Source of the DNA: an uncultured Candidatus Saccharibacteria bacterium | GTDB taxonomy: Bacteria > Patescibacteriota > Minisyncoccia > Minisyncoccales > UBA10102 | Reading direction: 5' to 3' | Assembly: GCA_964479725.1 (NCBI GenBank) | Contig: CAYZNF010000002.1 | Coordinates: 1,383 to 65,382, forward strand | Length of the DNA: 64,000 bases | In this document: piece by piece, positions 57,008-64,000 of the stretch | Numbering within the stretch: position 1 is the first letter of the stretch | Layout of the letters: the number at the start of each line of letters is the position of its first letter | The notes under the pieces: generated by a model | Told to the model about the DNA's origin: nothing | The model's input: only the letters and a program-made list of their open reading frames with translations | The model's database searches: none | Position numbers and translations under genes: made by a program

Positions 57008-59054
57008 GCTTTATTCATATAACTGGCTCAAAGACTACATAAAAGAAAATTTATCGGCCCCAAAGAAACTGGAGACGCTTTTGGCCATGCACGCCTTTGA
57101 AGTTGAGGAAGTAACCCGTGCGGGAAAAGACTGGATTTTTGATATTTCTGTCCTGCCAAACAGAGCGCATGACACCTGGAATCATCTTGGTATGGCTAGA
57201 GAGGTAGCGGCAATTACCGGTCAAACCCTTGTTGAGCCCGAAAAAAGCACCCTTACGGTCAAACGCGGCACTTTAAAGCCCCTACAGACAACAATCACAG
57301 CCAAGGAACTTGTTACTCGCTACGCCGCTTTGGTTATAGAGGGAATCAAAGTAAGAGAATCTCCAAAATGGCTTAAAGATCGCCTTGAGGCTGTTGGCAT
57401 TAATTCAATCAACACCATTGTTGACGTTACCAACTACGTCATGCTTGAAATCGGCCAGCCTATGCACGCTTTTGACTACGATAAAATTCAGGGCCATAAA
57501 ATGCTTGTACGCAAAGCCGTAAAAGGAGAAGAGCTTGTAGTTTTAGACGATTCCAAACTGTCGCTCCCCGAAGGCGCTTTGGTTATTGAAGATGCGAACG
57601 GTTTAATTGACCTTGCCGGTATTAAAGGCGGAAAAGTGAGCGGCATATCCGAGGAAACAAAAAATATAGTTCTGCAGGCAGCCGCATTTGATTCCGAAAA
57701 TATTTACCGAACCAAAAAACAGCTCGACTATCGTACGCAAGCGGCTGACATGTATGCGGCCGGACTTGATCCCAACATTGCCGAAACGGGTTTGAAAAGA
57801 GCCTGGTACCTGATCCAGCAGTTGGGAGGCGGCACACTAACCCAAATAATTGATATTTATCCCAAAAAAACCAGACCCACCGTTATTTCTCTCGATCTTG
57901 AATATGCCGATAGGCTGCTTGGCCTCCAAATACCGGACAAAGAAAGCATTGCGATACTAAAGCGGCTTGGGTTTTCGGTTATTCCAAAAAAAGGCTCAAA
58001 AAACAAACGGCTTTTGCAAGTAACAATTCCCACAAGAAGGGTTGATGTAAGCATTCCGGAAGATCTTATTGAGGAGATTGGTAGAATTTATGGATACGAA
58101 CATATTGTCGAGCATTTTCCCGCCGCTTCCTTGCTTGCCCACGAAAAAAACTTGAACATTTTTTGGCAAGATCAGCTCCGGGACGCCCTAAAAACCGCCG
58201 GCATGACGGAAACGTATAATTTGTCATTCATCGGCCAGGCTGATGTTGCGCAGTTCCGGTATTCGGAATACGAAATAAAGAGGCTTGTTGAGCTGGAAAA
58301 CCCCTTAAGCGAGGACATAAAGTACATGCGCCCCAGCTTAATCGAAAACCTTGCGAAGAATATTGCTTTGAACCAGAAAAAACACCCCGACATTAAACTT
58401 TTCGAAATCGGCAAAATATATTTTAAGGAATCCGGAAGACTCCGCGAAGAAAACGAAGCGACAGGAATTATGTTCAACCAATCTTTTTATGATATCAAAG
58501 GAATCGTTGATTTTCTTTTTGAGAGTTTGGGGATACCTGGAGTTTGGTATGACAACCATGAGCAGATAGCAGAAAGAGAAGCCGGAACTGTATGGCATCC
58601 TAAAAAATCTGCTGAAATTAAAGTGGGGGATAAGCAAATCGGATTTCTTGGAGAAATATCGCAAGATATACTTTATCGTTTTAAAATTACCAAACCTGTA
58701 TGCGCGTTTTCCCTTAACTTTGACGCAGTCTCATCCCTTGCCAGCGAAGAAAAAGAATACCGTCCAGCTTCCCGTTTTCCGGCATCAATACGCGACATTG
58801 CAATCATTGTACCTTCCAACATACGCACGGTAGATATAGAAAATCTAATCGAGACTGCGGGCGGAGAGCTTGTGGAAGATGTGGATATCTTTGATGTGTA
58901 CGAAGGAGCGAAAATAGGTGAAAGTAAGAAAAGTATGGCTTTTAACATACTCTACCAGGCAAACGACCGAACTCTGACTAATGAGGAAGTTGACCAATTG
59001 CACACCAAAATAATCAGCGCATTGGAACAAAATCCCGAATGGGAAGTCCGATGA
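57006..59054 (+). CDS. pheT: Phenylalanine--tRNA ligase beta subunit (lacking B2 OB domain)
   Basis: SYNWLKDY, LPNR, VDVTNYVMLEIGQPMHAFD, DLIEEIGRIYGY, FDX-ACB C-terminus; 682 aa. Confidence 0.96.
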   Translation: MLYSYNWLKDYIKENLSAPKKLETLLAMHAFEVEEVTRAGKDWIFDISVLPNRAHDTWNHLGMAREVAAITGQTLVEPEKSTLTVKRGTLKPLQTTITAKELVTRYAALVIEGIKVRESPKWLKDRLEAVGINSINTIVDVTNYVMLEIGQPMHAFDYDKIQGHKMLVRKAVKGEELVVLDDSKLSLPEGALVIEDANGLIDLAGIKGGKVSGISEETKNIVLQAAAFDSENIYRTKKQLDYRTQAADMYAAGLDPNIAETGLKRAWYLIQQLGGGTLTQIIDIYPKKTRPTVISLDLEYADRLLGLQIPDKESIAILKRLGFSVIPKKGSKNKRLLQVTIPTRRVDVSIPEDLIEEIGRIYGYEHIVEHFPAASLLAHEKNLNIFWQDQLRDALKTAGMTETYNLSFIGQADVAQFRYSEYEIKRLVELENPLSEDIKYMRPSLIENLAKNIALNQKKHPDIKLFEIGKIYFKESGRLREENEATGIMFNQSFYDIKGIVDFLFESLGIPGVWYDNHEQIAEREAGTVWHPKKSAEIKVGDKQIGFLGEISQDILYRFKITKPVCAFSLNFDAVSSLASEEKEYRPASRFPASIRDIAIIVPSNIRTVDIENLIETAGGELVEDVDIFDVYEGAKIGESKKSMAFNILYQANDRTLTNEEVDQLHTKIISALEQNPEWEVR

Positions 59055-59060
59055 TAGATA

Positions 59061-61194
<2,134 letters not shown>

Positions 61195-61222
61195 GTTCAT
61201 CCCCAAGCTCTTGCTTGACTAA

Positions 61223-61251
61223 TTGACATTTTACCCGCGATTTGGTAGAGT
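61223..61251 (+). promoter_or_regulatory. Sigma70 promoter for secE-nusG-rplK
   Basis: TTGACA-N17-TAGAGT with extended -10 TG. Confidence 0.65.
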
Positions 61252-61280
61252 AGGGCATGGCCCAAAGGGTCTTTTTTAAA

Positions 61281-61484
61281 ATGAATGCAACTTCACTCCC
61301 GACAAAACTCACAGCGTTCCTCAAGGAGGTGCGCACAGAGGTCAAGAAAGTAAACTGGCCTACACGCAAGGAAACAGTTTTTAATACGATTCTAGTTATC
61401 GTGTTTTCCGTCGCGGTAGCCGCGTTTTTAGGTTTCTTTGACTATATTTTCACGAACATTATCCAAAGGTTCATTATTTTGTAA
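61281..61484 (+). CDS. secE: Preprotein translocase subunit SecE
   Basis: FLKEVRTEVKKVNWPTRKE + TM. Confidence 0.95.
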   Translation: MNATSLPTKLTAFLKEVRTEVKKVNWPTRKETVFNTILVIVFSVAVAAFLGFFDYIFTNIIQRFIIL

Positions 61485-61489
61485 GGTCT

Positions 61490-62035
61490 ATGCCAAAACA
61501 GCAAGTATCCCAAGAGCGGAACTGGTATGTTATACATACATATTCCGGCTATGAAGATGCGGTAGCTCGAAACCTTAAGCAAAGGATTGAGTCTTTGGAT
61601 ATGGAAGATAAGATTTTCCAGATCATGGTGCCCAAGGAAAAGAAAATCAAGATCAAGAACGGCAAGCGAAAAACCGTGGAAGAAAAGATATATCCTGGAT
61701 ATGTCCTAGTGGAAATGATAGTAACCGATGAATCCTGGTATGTGGTGAGAAATACCCCCAATGTTACCGGTTTTATCGGTTCCGGCACGGTTCCTATACC
61801 GGTTTCCCGTCAGGAAATCGAGTACCTGCAAAAGCGCATGGGCGCAGAAACCCCCCAATTCCAAATCGAAGTAGCTCCGGGCGACCCGGTTAAGATTATC
61901 GACGGCCCTTTCAAAGATCACGATGGAAAAGTTGCGGAGATAGACCCGGCGAGAGGAAAGGTAAAAATATTGGTCAGCATGTTTGGCCGCGAAACTCCGC
62001 TCGAGCTTGATTCGTTACAAATAAAGAAGTTATAG
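61490..62035 (+). CDS. nusG: Transcription termination/antitermination factor NusG
   Basis: [37 protein letters not shown]. Confidence 0.98.
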   Translation: MPKQQVSQERNWYVIHTYSGYEDAVARNLKQRIESLDMEDKIFQIMVPKEKKIKIKNGKRKTVEEKIYPGYVLVEMIVTDESWYVVRNTPNVTGFIGSGTVPIPVSRQEIEYLQKRMGAETPQFQIEVAPGDPVKIIDGPFKDHDGKVAEIDPARGKVKILVSMFGRETPLELDSLQIKKL

Positions 62036-62054
62036 TGTATTCGCATCATTTTAT

Positions 62055-62477
62055 ATGGCAAAGGCAATCAAAAAAACAGTAAAACTGCATATTGCGGCTG
62101 GCCAAGCAACGCCAGCGCCTCCGGTTGGACCCGCTTTGGCCCAGCACGGAGTGAACATCGGAGAATTCATCAAAAAATTCAACGAGGAAACAAAAGATCG
62201 GATAGGATTTAAGTTGCCTGTAGATATCACTATTTACGAAGACAGGACATTCGCCTTCAAAACCCACCAGCCCCAGGCTTCTGCCTTGATTAAAAAAGCG
62301 GCTGGAGTTGAAAAGGGCTCCGGTACTCCCAACAAAACAAAAGTAGGGAAGATCACAAAAGGCCAACTCGAAGAAATTGCGAAACAAAAAATGCCAGACC
62401 TTAATGCGGAGGATTTAGAAGCCGCCAAAAAAATCATTGCCGGCACCGCCAAATCCCTGGGTATTGCTGTAGAGTAA
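62055..62477 (+). CDS. rplK: 50S ribosomal protein L11
   Basis: [27 protein letters not shown]. Confidence 0.98.
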   Translation: MAKAIKKTVKLHIAAGQATPAPPVGPALAQHGVNIGEFIKKFNEETKDRIGFKLPVDITIYEDRTFAFKTHQPQASALIKKAAGVEKGSGTPNKTKVGKITKGQLEEIAKQKMPDLNAEDLEAAKKIIAGTAKSLGIAVE

Positions 62478-62479
62478 GC

Positions 62480-63421
62480 TTAAAACCCTCCCACAACCGT
62501 TATTTCTCCCCTAAGAACAGGATGGGGATCGTACCCTTGGATTGCGATATCTTCGAACTTGAAATCATCTATATTGGTTATGCTCGGATTCAAAGCGAGC
62601 GTTGGAAATGCGCGAGGTTCCCGCGTAAGCTGTTCACGAACCTGCTCATAATGATTGCCATAAATATGGGCATCGCCGAAGGTATGCACAAAATCGCCTG
62701 GTTTGTATCCGGTTACTTGAGCTACCATATGCGTCAATAAGGCGTAACTGGCGATATTGAAAGGCACGCCCAGAAACATGTCTGCCGAACGCTGGTAAAG
62801 CTGAAGCGAAAGTTTATTATTTGCGATATAAAACTGGAAAATCGTATGGCATGGAGGGAGCGCCATCGCAAATTCCGGAGAAGCGGCCATTTCATAAATG
62901 TATTCCGGATTCCACGCTGATACTAAATAATGCTTGCGATCGGGATGCGATTTAAGCTTGGGAAGCACCCATGCCAGTTGGTCCACGTCTCTTCCGTCGG
63001 ACGTTTTCCATTTGCGCCATTGCCGCCCGTATACAGGGCCCAATTCCCCCCATTTTTCGGCAAAACCAGCATCGTCTTTGATTTTTTGCGCAAACTCATC
63101 CTGCGTCAGCTGGGGTACCTTGTCGGTCTCCATCGCCTTTTTGTAGTTCTTATACGCCCAATCATCCCAAATATGGACACCATTATCAACCAGGTACTTG
63201 ATATTGGAGTCTCCTTTGAGAAACCACAGCAACTCATGAATAATGCCGCGCGAAAACACCTTTTTCGTGGTGAGCAAAGGAAATCCTTTCGAGAGATCGA
63301 AACGAATTTGCCGGCCAAACACGCCTTTAATCTCAATACCGGTATTGTGTTCGTGTTTTATTGCGCCATTATCCAAAATATCGCGCAGAAGGTTAAGATA
63401 CTGGTATTCGGGATGCTCCAT
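62480..63421 (-). CDS. thyA: Thymidylate synthase
   Basis: [41 protein letters not shown]. Confidence 0.98.
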   Translation of the reverse strand: MEHPEYQYLNLLRDILDNGAIKHEHNTGIEIKGVFGRQIRFDLSKGFPLLTTKKVFSRGIIHELLWFLKGDSNIKYLVDNGVHIWDDWAYKNYKKAMETDKVPQLTQDEFAQKIKDDAGFAEKWGELGPVYGRQWRKWKTSDGRDVDQLAWVLPKLKSHPDRKHYLVSAWNPEYIYEMAASPEFAMALPPCHTIFQFYIANNKLSLQLYQRSADMFLGVPFNIASYALLTHMVAQVTGYKPGDFVHTFGDAHIYGNHYEQVREQLTREPRAFPTLALNPSITNIDDFKFEDIAIQGYDPHPVLRGEITVVGGF

Positions 63422-63496
63422 AAATAATTTTGTGATTTATTTTTCTCTTCCTTTTTCTTATGATATACTAGTTATAATCCCAAAACAAGAAAAAGC

Positions 63497-64000
63497 ATGA
63501 AAACCTTTATTGTTGCCGCTTTAACCGCCGACGGGCTTATCGGAAAAGACTCTAACCATCAGGCAAACTGGACCTCAAAGGGGGATAAGGGTTTTTTCGT
63601 GGAACTCACAAAACGAGCCGGAGTTATGATCATGGGCATGAATACCTGGAAAACCATTGATCGCGCCATGGAAAACAGGCTCAAGATCGTGTACACAAAA
63701 GAAAATCTCACGTCGGACCAGCCGGATGTGCGATTTACCCAAAAAGACCCCGCAGAATTGCTTAAAGAGCTGGGAAACCAAGGCTATGAAGAGATTGCCA
63801 TTATCGGCGGACAGCAAATTTTTACCCTGTTCCTGGAACAAAACTTAGTGGATACCATATATTTAACAATAGAGCCCGTGATTTTTGGATCGGGAATGAC
63901 GCTTTTTAACAAGCCTATTTTCAAAGAATTGGAATTTAAATCGATCAAGGTCAAATATCTGAAAAAGCACAACACGAATACAGTATTATTAGAGTATAAT
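63497..64000 (+). CDS. folA: Dihydrofolate reductase family protein (3' partial; not in ORF track)
   Basis: MKTFIVAALTADGLIG..NWTSKGD..FF..LT..MIMGMNTW...IIGGQQIF; no stop before window end. Confidence 0.85.
   Translation, partial: MKTFIVAALTADGLIGKDSNHQANWTSKGDKGFFVELTKRAGVMIMGMNTWKTIDRAMENRLKIVYTKENLTSDQPDVRFTQKDPAELLKELGNQGYEEIAIIGGQQIFTLFLEQNLVDTIYLTIEPVIFGSGMTLFNKPIFKELEFKSIKVKYLKKHNTNTVLLEYN

Overview
64-kb, almost entirely plus-strand housekeeping segment of a reduced bacterial genome. It is most likely Patescibacteria/CPR (Parcubacteria-like; inferred from no rpmD in the spc operon, no rplA after rplK, trimmed aminoacyl-tRNA synthetases and mostly SD-less starts; code 11). It holds the str/S10/spc ribosomal-protein superoperon, secY-adk-adk-map, a ~12.8-kb interposed block (DpnA-like MTase + PD-(D/E)XK nuclease, GT2, galT, dedA, tpiA, ykuK-like, mnmA, alaS, ftsA-like pair), the alpha operon, murA/mreB/holB/frr/rseP/proS/mreB/gatCA, three tRNAs, an accessory block (45-56 kb), pheST, gyrB, secE-nusG-rplK and divergent thyA/folA. 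The best candidate for an undescribed system is at 24115-25431. There, an IS110/Tas-like (RuvC-fold + Tnp20/Nop-like) gene has lost all recognisable DEDD catalytic residues and is split by a 1-nt frameshift in a G5 run. It is flanked by three ~68-nt stem-loop units, each carrying two variable 9-10-nt segments in a conserved GC-WGG-N9-10-AG-GC frame, which is a bridge-RNA/tigRNA-like dual-guide architecture. All calls come from reading the sequence; no database searches were run.
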